DNA from: Octopus sinensis
Lineage: Eukaryota
Length of the DNA stretch: 64,000 nt
Direction of reading: 5' to 3'
NCBI RefSeq assembly: GCF_006345805.1
Contig: NC_042998.1
Location: forward strand, 106,392,001 to 106,456,000
Shown: piece after piece, positions 37,484-49,945 of the stretch
Numbering within the stretch: position 1 is the first letter of the stretch
Layout: every line of letters begins with the position of its first letter
The notes under the pieces: generated by a model
The model's input: only the letters and a program-made list of their open reading frames with translations
Told to the model about the DNA's origin: nothing
Databases searched by the model: none
Position numbers and translations under genes: made by a program

Positions 37484-37850
37484 CTACACTTTCATTACTT
37501 GAAACTTCCTCTGATATACAACATTTTGTGAATGAGAAAATCTGATGTTGCTGCCTTCCTTCTGTGAGGTAGGTTCATCTGCAATTCTTGACTGGAGGGG
37601 ATCCAGTTTTGTCTTGAAGAGCCCTACATCCACTCCATGTGGGTTTCTCAGGCTTTTTGAGAGGATATTGAAGAGTTGTGAGCCATTGAAACCCAAACGG
37701 TATCTGGTTCTGTATCTTGATGGTGATAGTGGGATCTTTGGATTTATACAGTAGCACCCCATTTGGGTGTTTCTGTAACTTTCAATGCCAGAGTTCAGTA
37801 CAAGTCCAGCCAGGATTTTCCAGAAGCATATCACTACATGTTTTTCTCAC
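37484..37850 (-). pseudogene. CR1/L2-group LINE ORF2 C-terminal fragment
   Basis: WKILAGLVLN...LGFNGSQLFNILSKSLRNPHGVDVGLFKTKLD...IADEP. Confidence 0.7.
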
Positions 37851-39499
37851 CCTTGTTCCTTTCCCTGTAACTGACTTTTAGCTTTGCGGGATTGCTTCAG
37901 AACTTGAAGCAATCCATCTAAGTATAATTTTACACTGTATGGTGACTATGGATGGGAGCAGCTCCCAAAACAGCTGAAGACAAATGTCCTTCAGAAGCAC
38001 ATCATGGTTTCCAGTTCCATATGCATTAAACTGCATGCTATTGTCCTTCAACCCACCTGTATATTGCATGTGTATAGCATCTCCAGGTTTCTGCGTGTGT
38101 GTCTATATCTATATATATATATATATATATATACATACACACGCACACATATATAAATGTGTGTATATATACATACATACATACATACATATACATATAC
38201 ATATATATATATATATGAAATCAAGAAAGAGAGAACAAATTTCGAAGGTCAGTATTCATATTCACTCAATACATTTCAAAGCATCGGACTCCACAGCATG
38301 CATAGGTGCATACATATATACATGATATAATATAAAAATATATAAATATACAAATATATAAATACATAAATGTATTTGTGAGGTTGTATGTCTATATCAA
38401 AATCAATGAGGATATTAAAATATGCACATGGTGCATGTATAGCAGTAATCCAAATAGATGAGAATGTTGGTATAAAATGATTTTAAAAAGAATCTTGAGC
38501 ACACACACATATATGTGTGTGTGCGTGTGCGTGTGCGTGTATTTATGTGTGCGTGCGTGTGTGCGTGTGTGTGTGTGTATTTGTGTATAGAGAGAGAAAG
38601 AGAGAGAGAGAGTGAGAGAGGTTTAGATATATGCATATATACATTATATGTGTGTGTGTATACACACTGTATCTGTGTGGGTATTATACATATCTGTGTG
38701 TGTATATGCATATCTATGTGTGTGTATGCATGCATGCACACACGCACGTGTGTGTGTGTGTGTCTGTGTGTGTCTGTGTCTGTGTGTGTAATACATTCTA
38801 TGCTTTAAATGTTTTTGAATTTGTATCAAGGGAAAAATTCACAATAACTGGCAATTAATCAACTACTTTTGTTTTAAATTTAAATTTCCAAATAGTGAAG
38901 ATGGTTAATGTGTTTTTAGTTAGTGGGGAACTATCAGATGTGATAGTCACCGGCCTAAATGTGGGCCACTCACTCACCAACTACCAGCCATATTATTATG
39001 ATCCAGTGATATACATCTGGCAGCTGTTGATTGCATTTATTTTAATACTTCGTTGGTACCTATTTTATCAAAACCAGGAGGATGAAACACAAAGTAGTAT
39101 AATCTCAATGCATAAAGGACTGCAAGAGATTTTGTGCAGAACTAATGATTCTGAGCTATTGGTTAATTGGTTCCTTCAATTCTTATATAATTAATTATGA
39201 TGGCCAGTGCTTTCAGATTAGCAAATGTCTATTTCTGTTTGAGCTGTTGTGTAAACAACTTCCAATTAGGCATATAATTGAGTATGTGAATTCTGAGAGG
39301 AACCAAGGAGATTGGAACTAGCCAGTTTCATGCTGGTAATGCAATATATGAAAAATTTAAATTATAAAAGCATTTTTCTTTCTGCAGCAAATATGAATAA
39401 TCCTTAGACATGTAAATATATTTTGAATAGATAAATTGTAAATAAACACTGGCATCTCATTTTAACAGATATATTTAGCAAAATTACATAAAATTATCT

Positions 39500-40666
39500 T
39501 GAAATGCTGAAGAGTAAATTTATTCAATAAAATAGCCATTGCCTTCAACCAATGGCCTCCAGACGACTTTAGAATCTCCTGCAACTCTTCTGGATGGTCT
39601 CCTTGTTTAAGTTAGTCAATGCTGCCAAGATCCTTGCCTTCAGTTCATCTTTGGTGAACTCAACTGCGCCCCACACATTATAATCAAAAGGGTTACAGTC
39701 TTGCTGAGTTAGGTGGCCAGATGTTAGGAGTGATATGGTTGCAGAAATTGTCTGACAGCCGTGACTAGGTTCTCTTGCATGTGTGGCATGGTGCAGAGTC
39801 CTGTTGCCAGACATAGAGTCTTCCAGCAGCCACCCTCTTGACCCAGGGCAGCACTACCTCCTCCAGGCACTTGATGTAAGACTCTGCATTGAGTCTGAGG
39901 CTGTGTGGAAAGATGTATGGAGGCATAACATCGCCATCACTAGTGATGACTCCAAACACCATGCTGTTGACTGGATGTTTGATTTTTATCACTCTCAGTA
40001 TATGCTTTGAAGATACGACAAGCGAACAGTTGTTCTGAGTGTTCACCATCAGATCCTGGCAGAAATTTTTGTCATCTGAGAAAAACCAAAGCATGTTCAG
40101 TTGGAAGGGATGCTTGAGTTTGTCCAAGATCTTCCCTCTTGTTTTTGATGGCTTGAGATAAAAAAAATGGCCCTTCTTCATCTTGTATGAGGAATACTGA
40201 ATGTCTTCATGCCCTACCTACCTGATAAAAAAATCAGACATTGCCATGTCCCTAGTGATGGATCTGATTGACTTGGAGAGATCGTTTGTCAATCATGACC
40301 TAGATCTCACCAACAAATTCAGGTGTTCTTTTCTTATCAGAACAGTCAGAGTGAGTTTTCTGAGCTGCTGCACCTTCGTAATTATCATTAGACTCAGCCA
40401 ACACTTTCTCAATCCTCTGCACTGTCTTCAGATTGACACCCAAACACTCTGAAATATTCATATTGGAGCTTCCAGCATGAATGCCAAGCAGTACAGTATA
40501 TCGTTTCCAAATTTCTGGCAGAGTGAATTGCGTCATGTGCTGTTTTTCTCACAGACAGTACCCAACTGACCCTACTATACTGTGTAGTCGACAAAATCAA
40601 AAGCAAACAATGCACGTGCCTGAAATCAAAAATATAAAACAGCAGCAATTTACCCATCACACCCTG
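39500..40666 (-). mobile_element. DD37D (maT/Bmmar1-like) Tc1-mariner element, decayed
   Basis: ATG 40536; FFSDDKNF, WQQDSAPCHT, WPPNS-DCNPFDY with 37 residues between D2 and D3 after one frameshift; TIR CAGGGTG at 40660-40666; other TIR not recognisable. Confidence 0.85.
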
Positions 40667-40668
40667 TG

Positions 40669-40699
<31 letters not shown>

Positions 40700-40826
40700 T
40701 GTGTGTGTGTGTGCATGTGTGTGTGTGTTTGTCCCCCAACATTGCTTGACAACCAGTGTTGGTGTGTTTATCTCCTTATAATTTGGTAGTTTAGCAAAAG
40801 AGACCGATAGAATAAGTACCAGGCTT

Positions 40827-41043
40827 AAGGTGGCGAGCTGGCAGAAATGCTAGTATGCCGGGCGAAATGCTTAGCGGTACTTCATCTGTCTTTGCATTCT
40901 GAATTCAAATTCCGCTCAAGTCGACTTTGCTTTTCATCCTTTCTGGGTTGATAAATTAGGTACCAGTTGTATAATGGGGTCAATCCAATCAACTGGTCTC
41001 CTTCCCCAAAATTTTGGGCCTTGTGCCTAGAGTAGAAAAGAAT
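40827..41043 (+). mobile_element. Nin/Deu-domain SINE nested in the 3' half of a CORE-like SINE (40725-41150)
   Basis: Complete GGTGGCGAGCTGGCAGAA...GGCCTTGTGCCTAGAGTAGAAAAG; host SINE resumes after it with AATAAGT repeated on both sides. Confidence 0.85.
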
Positions 41044-41364
41044 AAGTGCTATGTTTCAAAATAAAAAATAGAAGAGTCAATTCATTCAACTAAAATTCCT
41101 CAGTGTGGTGCTCCAGCATGGCAGCAATCTAATAATTTAAACAAGTAAAAGCTGTCTTGAACATATAAGTATGCTTTGAAATATGTTTAGGTATGCTTTA
41201 AAAATTTAAATATGTTTGAACTATAAATATTCTTCTTCTTCAGATGATCACAAGCTACATTTCACCATGTCAAGCAAGAACTCTCTGCTCCACCCTACTC
41301 CCATTACCTTTGATAGGTCCCCAATTTCATGTTGTGTTTCAGTGTTCAATGCTGGTGATTATAT

Positions 41365-41750
41365 TTTTTTATTCTTTTACTTGTTTCAGTCATTTGACTG
41401 CAGCCATGCTGGAGCACCGCCTTAGTCGAACAAATTAACCCCAGTACTTATTCTGTCAAATCTTCTGCTGAACTGCTAAGTTACGAGGGACGTAAACATG
41501 CCAACATCAGTTGTCAAGCAATGGTGGGGGGAAAAACACAGACACACATACACACACCACACACACGCACACACACACACACATATACAATGGGCTTCTT
41601 TCAGTTTCTGTCTACCAAATCCACTCGCAAGGCTTTGGTCGGCCCGAGTCTATAGTAGAAGATGCTTGCCCAAGGTGCCATGCAGTGGGACTGAACCCAG
41701 AATCATGTGGTTGGTAAGCAAGCTACTTACCACACAGCTACTCCTGCACT
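41365..41750 (-). mobile_element. CORE-like SINE (left recombination partner)
   Basis: Complete antisense copy with internal (CA)n. Confidence 0.85.
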
Positions 41751-42850
41751 TTTTTAATGCTTACAGCCCCTAGGTTCCTCAAGCAGTCACCCATCTAAGT
41801 ACCAACTAGGCTCGATGTTGCTTAACTTTGGTGATTGGATGAGAACTGGTGTTTTCAATGTGATATGGCTGTAAGCTATATACATATGTTTTGGACATAC
41901 ATGTTCTTTCTAATGTAGGTACAAGGCCTGAAATTTTAGGTGAGCAGGCATGATAATTACATGAACCCCAGTGTTCAACTGGTACTCATTTTATCAACAC
42001 AAAAAAGATGATGACAGACAAAATCGATTTTGGTGGAATCTGAATCCAGAAGGTAAAGAAAGAGTCAGGAATGATGTCATTAAGCTTTTTTTACAGCTCA
42101 TTAATGCTTGTATCAGTTCATCACCTTTTTGGTTATATAAATATGTTGTCATATAGCAAGAAATTATTGTATCATATCCTGTATGAATCATTATGTAAAG
42201 AGAACTGTTTATGTCATATATTTTCTGAAACAATACATCACATCATATCAACCAGTCTGATAGAAGGTTATAACAGAAGATACTTAGATAAATATTGGTT
42301 TCAAATTTTAGCACAAGGCCAGCAAGTTCACAGGAGGGAGTAAGTTGATTACATCAACCTCAGTGCTCAACTGGTACTTATTCTATTGGCACCCGAAAGC
42401 AAAAAGACAAAATCAGCCTCGGTGGAGTTTGAACTTGGAACATAAAGATGGATGAAATGCCGCTAAACATTTTATCCAGCATGCTAATGATTCTGCAAGC
42501 TCACAGCCTTAAATACTTGGTCACATAGTAACATAACAGAGCTATTTTATATATGCTTATTTAACTAATTCCAGGGAAAAAAAAAACTTTAGATAATCTC
42601 ATAAACATTTATCAGTCTTTGAAAATACTATGTGAAAACACTCTTTTTTTCTCTTTTATCTTTTACTTGTTTCAGTCATTTGACTGTGGCCATGCTGGAG
42701 CACCGCCTTTAGTCAAGCAAATCGACCCCATGACTTATTTTTCAGAAGCCTAGTATCGGTCTCTCTTGCCGAACTGGTAAGTTACAGGGATGTAAACACA
42801 CCACCATCAGTTGTCAAGCGATGTTGGTGGGCACAAACACAGACTTACAA

Positions 42851-42889
<39 letters not shown>

Positions 42890-44151
42890 ATGGGCTTCTT
42901 TCAGTTTCTGTCTACCAAATCCACTCGCAAGGCTTTGGTCGGCCCGAGTCTATAGTAGAAGATGCTTGCCCAAGGTGCCATGCAGTGGGACTGAACCCAG
43001 AATCATGTGGTTGGTAAGCAAGCTACTTACCACACAGCTACTCCTGCACTTTTTTAATGCTTACAGCCCCTAGGTTCCTCAAGCAGTCACCCATCTAAGT
43101 ACCAACTAGGCTCGATGTTGCTTAACTTTGGTGATTGGATGAGAACTGGTGTTTTCAATGTGATATGGCTGTAAGCTATATACATATGTTTTGGACATAC
43201 ATGTTCTTTCTAATGTAGGTACAAGGCCTGAAATTTTAGGTGAGCAGGCATGATAATTACATGAACCCCAGTGTTCAACTGGTACTCATTTTATCAACAC
43301 AAAAAAGATGATGACAGACAAAATCGATTTTGGTGGAATCTGAATCCAGAAGGTAAAGAAAGAGTCAGGAATGATGTCATTAAGCTTTTTTTACAGCTCA
43401 TTAATGCTTGTATCAGTTCATCACCTTTTTGGTTATATAAATATGTTGTCATATAGCAAGAAATTATTGTATCATATCCTGTATTGAATCATTATGTAAA
43501 GAGAACTGTTTATGTCATATATTTTCTGAAACAATACATCACATCATATCAACCAGTCTGATAGAAGGTTATAACAGAAGATACTTAGATAAATATTGGT
43601 TTCAAATTTTAGCACAAGGCCAGCAAGTTCACAGGAGGGAGTAAGTTGATTACATCAACCTCAGTGCTCAACTGGTACTTATTCTATTGGCACCCGAAAG
43701 CAAAAAGACAAAATCAGCCTCGGTGGAGTTTGAACTTGGAACATAAAGATGGATGAAATGCCGCTAAACATTTTATCCAGCATGCTAATGATTCTGCAAG
43801 CTCACAGCCTTAAATACTTGGTCACATAGTAACATAACAGAGCTATTTTATATATGCTTATTTAACTAATTCCAGGGAAAAAAAAAACTTTAGATAATCT
43901 CATAAACATTTATCAGTCTTTGAAAATACTATGTGAAAACACTCTTTTTTTCTCTTTTATCTTTTACTTGTTTCAGTCATTTGACTGTGGCCATGCTGGA
44001 GCACCGCCTTTAGTCAAGCAAATCGACCCCATGACTTATTTTTCAGAAGCCTAGTATCGGTCTCTCTTGCCGAACTGGTAAGTTACAGGGATGTAAACAC
44101 ACCACCATCAGTTGTCAAGCGATGTTGGTGGGCACAAACACAGACTTACAA

Positions 44152-44170
<19 letters not shown>
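41565..44170 (+). repeat. near-identical direct tandem duplication, 1300/1301-bp unit
   Basis: 41591 matches 42891 and 42801 matches 44102; one 1-nt indel at ~43485. Confidence 0.97.
42655..43050 (-). mobile_element. chimeric CORE-like SINE at the duplication junction
   Basis: Left part equals 43955-44170, right part equals 41570-41750. Confidence 0.85.
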
Positions 44171-44233
<63 letters not shown>

Positions 44234-44395
44234 GATAGGCTTCTTTCAGTTTCTGTCTACCAAATCCACTCACAAAGCTTTGGTCGGCTTGAGGCTATAG
44301 TAGAAGACATTTGCCCAAGGTGTTATGCAGTGGGACTGAACCCGGAACCATGTGGTTGGTAAGCAAGCTATTTACCACACAGCCACTCCTGCACC
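43955..44395 (-). mobile_element. CORE-like SINE (right recombination partner)
   Basis: Complete antisense copy. Confidence 0.85.
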
Positions 44396-44825
44396 TATAT
44401 ATATACTATAGAACTTTAGCATATAGATAGACCGTCAGATAACATAATAAACCTGATATCAATTTTGGTGACAAAACAAATGACAATAACATACTTGTTA
44501 TCAACAAAGCATACTGAATTGATTTTAATGTTGAGCAAAAACTAAGGTGAAAGATTGGGAATTACATTGACCTACTTGTTGAATTAAAGATGCTATGAGC
44601 ATTAAGGAAGGTGTCTATCATCCAACTTGTAATTGCCTCAGCTGGAGCAATGCTCAACCATTTGTGTAAAGACATTGACAGATTAGCTTTGAGGACAGAC
44701 ATAGGTATGTTCTAGATCAATGTTTCTCAACCATTTTTCAGTTATAGACCCCTTTGATTCCTATTTTTACTCTACTAGACCCCCATAGCCATTTGATCTT
44801 AAAAAACCTCCTCTTATATTTTTGT

Positions 44826-45165
44826 AACAATTGCAGTGTGGAAGTTGTTTATAAGCCATTTAAGAAACACACAAAACTGTTAGATTCACTTCAGCATTTA
44901 AATTTAATTTGCCAAAATATTTTCGTCGCTTTGAGACCGCAACCTGTTCACTGACAAAATTCCGCATGCAGCACGGAATTTTGTCAGTGAAAAGATCGCT
45001 GTTTCAAAGCAATGAAAATATTTTGGCAAATTAAATTTAAATGCTGAAGTGAATCTAACGGTTTTTGTATCCTTTTAAATGGCTTATAAACACCTTCCAC
45101 GTTGCAATTGTTTTCATTTCAGCACACGATCTCAGATCAGGTCACTTGCTATGCAAGTACATCTC
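44826..45165. mobile_element. fold-back element family A, second copy (inverted), nested in the hAT MITE
   Basis: Palindrome 44826-45112 plus the same asymmetric tail ending GCAAGTACATCTC. Confidence 0.88.
44908..44958 (-). ncRNA. candidate G3:C8 hammerhead (second locus)
   Basis: Minus strand TTTGTCA-GTGAACA-G-GTTGC GGTCTCAAA GCGAC-GAAA-ATAT-TT-TGGCAAA. Confidence 0.6.
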
Positions 45166-45333
45166 CATAATATATTTTTATAATTAGATATTATTAGGAA
45201 TTGTATTTAAAAAATTGTTAAAACATTTTGTGTATTGTAGAAGTATAATCAATTTATTGTTGATAAATTTTTACAACAAATCTTATGTGGACCCTTAAGG
45301 ATCATATGGGCCCCAGTTGAGACTGTTCTAGAT

Positions 45334-45496
45334 CAGTCACTGGCAAACTGTGGGTCACATGCTGCATGTTGGCTGTGGGACTTTCTGAACAGCAAGCCTA
45401 AGGAAAAATTACCTTGAATATTTTAGTGGTATGACCCACCTCATGATGAGTCATGTCTTTATGCAGCCTGTTTCATGAAAAAGTTGCCCATGCCTC
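45334..45496. mobile_element. hAT (Charlie-type) MITE 2
   Basis: Degenerate TIRs CAGTCACTGGCAAACT / AAGTTGCCCATGCCTC between TTCTAGAT and TTCTAGAA (45497-45504). Confidence 0.6.
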
Positions 45497-46189
45497 TTCT
45501 AGAAAATGGTAATACTAGCATGTATAAGTATTGTTAGGGCATTCTCACTCAGTATTTGTCAACTTTGGACATGTTTATTAACTTTCAACATCTTTATTAA
45601 CGTGGAAAATAGGAAATTAGCTCAAGATGTCACACAGTCGAATCAAACCCAGACATAATGGTTGTGTAGTGAACTTCTTAACCATTCACAGATACCTGCA
45701 TGCATCCATACATATACACATACATATATACACACATATATGTGAGTGTGCATGTACATATATACATATACATACACATGCACACACAAGCACAAAAATA
45801 TATACACATATGTGTGTATGTATGTATATGTATATATATATATATAAATAGATAGACAGGCAGATAGACAGATAGATGGAGAGATGGTTGGACGGACAGA
45901 CAGACAGATGAATAGATTGGGAGATAGACAGACAGACAGATAGATAGATATTTGCATATACATAAATATATAAATCAAAAAGGACCAAATATATCTTTCC
46001 CGAGCCATTGGCTCATAAGACCAGTTTCTTAGATTCTGTGTCATGTGTATTCCCCACTGGAAAGGATGCTAGTCCATCACAGGATTACTCACTTTTGCCA
46101 GCTGAGTGGACTGCAGCAAAGTGAAATGAAGTGTTTTGCTCAAGACCATAATGCATCAACTGGTGAGGAACTGCAACCACAATATTCTT

Positions 46190-46320
46190 TTCTACTTTAG
46201 GCACAAGGCCTGAAATTTTGGAGGAGGGGGCCAGTCAATTAGAAAGACAGCAGTACATAACTGGAACTTAATTTATCGACCCCGAAAGGATGAAAGGCAA
46301 AGTCAACCTCGGCAGAATGT
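46190..46320 (-). mobile_element. Nin/Deu-domain SINE 3' half
   Basis: TTTATCGACCCCGAAAGGATGAAAGGCAAAGTCAACCTCGG. Confidence 0.75.
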
Positions 46321-46416
46321 AAAACTGCAACCACATTATTACAATCATGAGTGCAACACCCTAACCACTATGCCACACACCTCTACACATGTATAAATGT
46401 ATATTTATATATCTAT

Positions 46417-47013
46417 ATCATCATCATCATCATCATCATCATTTAATGTCCGCTTTCCATGCTGGCATGGATTGGGCAGTTTGATCGAGGACTGTACCAG
46501 GCTCCAATCTGATCTGGCAAGGTTTCTACAGCTGAATGCCCTTCCTAACACCAACCACTCTCAGTGTAGTGGGTACTTTTTATGTGCCACCAGCATGAGG
46601 GCCAGTCAGGTGGTACTGGCAACAACCATACTCAAATGGTGCTTTTTACATATCACCAGCATGGGAGCCAGTAAGGCAGCACTAGCAACGACTACGCTCG
46701 AATGGTGCATTTTATGTGCCACCAGTATGGAAGCTAGTCAGGTGGTACTGGCATCGGCCAAAACAATGATTTCACTTGACTCAACAGCTCTTCTCAAGCA
46801 CAGTTTATTGCTCAATGATTGAAGGGTACTCTTAAATGGGCTGGTTATGTTACACTGGCATAGGCCACGGTTACAGTCTCACTTGGTTTACCGGGTCTTC
46901 TCAAGCACAGCATATCTTCAGAGGTCTCAGTTGCTCATCATCACCTCATTTCAAGGTCATGCTTCACCACTTCATCCCAGGTCTTCCTGGGTCTACTTTT
47001 TAGACAGGTTCCC
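46417..47013 (-). mobile_element. RTE LINE 3' end incl. last ORF2 codons
   Basis: EGTCLKSRPRKTWDEVVKHDL on minus strand, UTR with 3-4 diverged units, (CAT)n. Confidence 0.85.
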
Positions 47014-47094
47014 TCTCTGTATATACAAATATATATTTTTATATAAAAGCCCAAAAAAAGCTAGTGGTGCTGGTTCCACATAAAAAAAAAAAGC

Positions 47095-47305
47095 TAGTGA
47101 GGTGCCACATATAAAGGACTGGTGCTGATGCCATGTAAAAAGCACCCAGTACATGCTATAGAGTGGTGAGAGTCAGGAAGGGCATCGAGCTGTAGAAACT
47201 AAGCCAAAACAAACTCTGAAACCTGGTGCAGCTCCTGACCTTACCGGCTCTTGTCAAGCCATCCAACCCATGCCAACAAGGAAAACATGTTAAATGATGA
47301 TGAAT
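47095..47305 (+). mobile_element. RTE LINE 3' tail copy
   Basis: Conserved tail. Confidence 0.7.
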
Positions 47306-47850
47306 ATGGTGGTGGTGGTGGCGGCGGCGATATATGCATATATACATATGCACATACACAGACACACACATATACATCCCTTTGTCCAGACAAACTCCAA
47401 ATGAATCTACCACCTAGATTGCTTTGCATTAGTGTGAAAAAAAAAATACAAAACCTCCCACTACACCATTCTTAACAAGGATGGATTGGATGAAGAAGAC
47501 TGCATAAGGAAAGAAAAAGAAGTAAACCAGTTAAGTTAATTTTCTTTTTACTTACTATTTATTTCACTCTTTGCAATATAACTAAGAGAATCGCTTGAAA
47601 TGATTTCTTTCTTACTGCTCTTTGATTGGTTTTCAATTCACTGTTCACAGACGTATATCATACATACATACACATACATATATACACACATACACATATA
47701 TATATATATCTCATACATACATACACACATATATACATACATACATACATTACATATGGATACATACGCATACACTGACAAGTATACTTACATGTATATA
47801 TATGCTTATATTCACACACACACGCACACATATATGCATATATGTGTGCA

Positions 47851-47890
<40 letters not shown>

Positions 47891-48228
47891 CTGTTGTTGT
47901 TTTTATTTAGTTTTGTTGATGTTCCTGTGATTTGCTTTCTGCTAATACTGAAATAAAGTTGCATCATTTCTTTCTGGAAAGATTTTTGCTTGGAAAAAGT
48001 AAAAAGGAGATAATTAGAAAGTAAGAAAGTAAGAAAAACTAATGGCAACAGGATGGTGGTGGTGGTGGTGGTGGTGGTGGCAGTGGTAATGATGGCAGCA
48101 GTGGTAGTGGTGGTAGTGGTGGCAACAGCTGTGGTGATTGGGACAAAGACAAGAATAGAGTTAAGGCAAAAGAGAGAGAAAGAGAGAGAGAGAGAGAGAG
48201 GATGATGGAGAGAGATAAACAAAGACAA

Positions 48229-48275
<47 letters not shown>

Positions 48276-48539
48276 TCATCTATGTATTATACTAAATGTA
48301 TACGCATTCTTTGAAGGCATGACGCTGTTGAATTCTCTGAGATAAAATCTCTCCAAAGGTTTGTTTTTTTAAAAAACAAAATATATATTGGAGGAAGATG
48401 AACATCATCACTGCAATGACTCATGAGAATGACAGCTGTGTTTTGCTTTTTTTGAGGTTTTTTTGATGCCAAGCACCTAAATGTTACCTACTTAAATAAA
48501 ATACATGCCATGGATATAAAGAAAAAAGAGAATACTCAC

Positions 48540-48587
48540 AGGTATTGTTGAAGCTTCTCAGGCTGTAAACAGACTCAGTGTACATAA
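48540..48587 (-). CDS. putative 48-nt internal coding exon of an unidentified host gene
   Basis: Acceptor TTTTAATTTAATGCTTTTTCAG, donor GTGAGTA, length divisible by 3, single open frame xMYTESVYSLRSFNNTx (phase 1-1), non-repetitive context; no homology recognised. Confidence 0.45.
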
Positions 48588-48853
48588 CTGAAAAAGCATT
48601 AAATTAAAATCACCATCTATGTATCATACTAAATGCATACATCCCGTTAGAAGGCATGGTGCTGTGGAATTGTCTGAGATAAAATCCAATATATATATGG
48701 TAAAAACGCAATACATATTGAAGATAGACAAGCATTCTCACTGCAGTGACCCACGAAAATGATAGATATAGGAAGGGTGTCCAACCATAGAACCCATGCT
48801 AAAACAGACAATAAAGCTTGGTACAGCCTTCTTGCCAACTCTTATCAAACCTA

Positions 48854-49082
48854 TTTCTTTACTACCCACAAGGGGCTAAACACAGAGAGGACAAACAAGG
48901 ACAGACACGGATTAAGTCGATTATATCGACCCCAGTGCATAAGTGGTAATTATTTAATCGACCCCGAAAGGATGAAAGGCAAAGTTAACCTCGGCGGAAT
49001 TTGAACTCAGAACGTAGCAGCAGATGAAATACTGCTAAGCATTTCGCCTGGCGTGCTAACGTTTCTGCCAGCTCGTCGCCTT
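48854..49082 (-). mobile_element. Nin/Deu-domain SINE (young)
   Basis: CpG-rich complete antisense copy. Confidence 0.85.
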
Positions 49083-49907
49083 ATCAAACCATCCAGCTTG
49101 TGCCAGCATGGCAAACGGACATTAAATGTTGATGATGATGATTATGATGGAGGTGATGATGGTGTTTGTGTGTGTGTGTTACTCTTTTACTCTTTTACTC
49201 TTTTACCCGTTTCAGTCATTTGACTGTGGCCATGCTGGAGCACCGCCTTTAAAATATCAGTTGTTCAAAATTGTACAAAAAAAACCCCAAAAAACAAAAG
49301 ACAGAGACAGGTGAGAAACAACAAACAGGGTGTATTAATTGGAGAAAATGGAAGAGTCTTTGACATTTCAAGCCTTATGATGCTCTTCTACAGAAAGGAA
49401 TAAGGAGAGAAAACAGATGGAAAAAGAAAAAAAAAAACATGTGTCTGGATTAATGGTTGCACATGTTGAAATGACTGGAAGGAAGGAAGAGGTTAAAGAC
49501 AAGGATGGCTAAGGAGACAACAGTAATCTGTATAAAGTGTTTGTGTGTAAGCATTTGTGAGTATGTGATGATAATGTGTGTATGGGTGAGTGTATGTGGG
49601 TGACCATGAAGGTTATGTGAGTGTGTGTATGTGTATGTATGGGAGTGTGCATGTGTATGCTCCATGCATTTACATGTGGATGCTGTCAAACCACCCAACC
49701 CATGCCAGCATGGAACATGAAAGTAATATAATGGTAATGATGATAAGGATGATGATGATGATATGTGTCTGTGTATGTATGTATATATGTATGTATGTAT
49801 GTATGTATATAAATTGCAAGATCTTACACACTCATACATATACACTTGTTGGCATTCAGTTTATCCAGTAGCTTTTTACTCAAACTAGAACTATGCATGT
49901 ATATATG

Positions 49908-49909
<2 letters not shown>

Positions 49910-49945
<36 letters not shown>

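Larger units (their letters stand above)
44718..45325. mobile_element. hAT (Charlie-type) MITE 1
   Basis: Ends CAATGTTTCTCAACC / AGTTGAGACTG; 8-bp duplication TTCTAGAT at 44710-44717 and 45326-45333. Confidence 0.8.
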
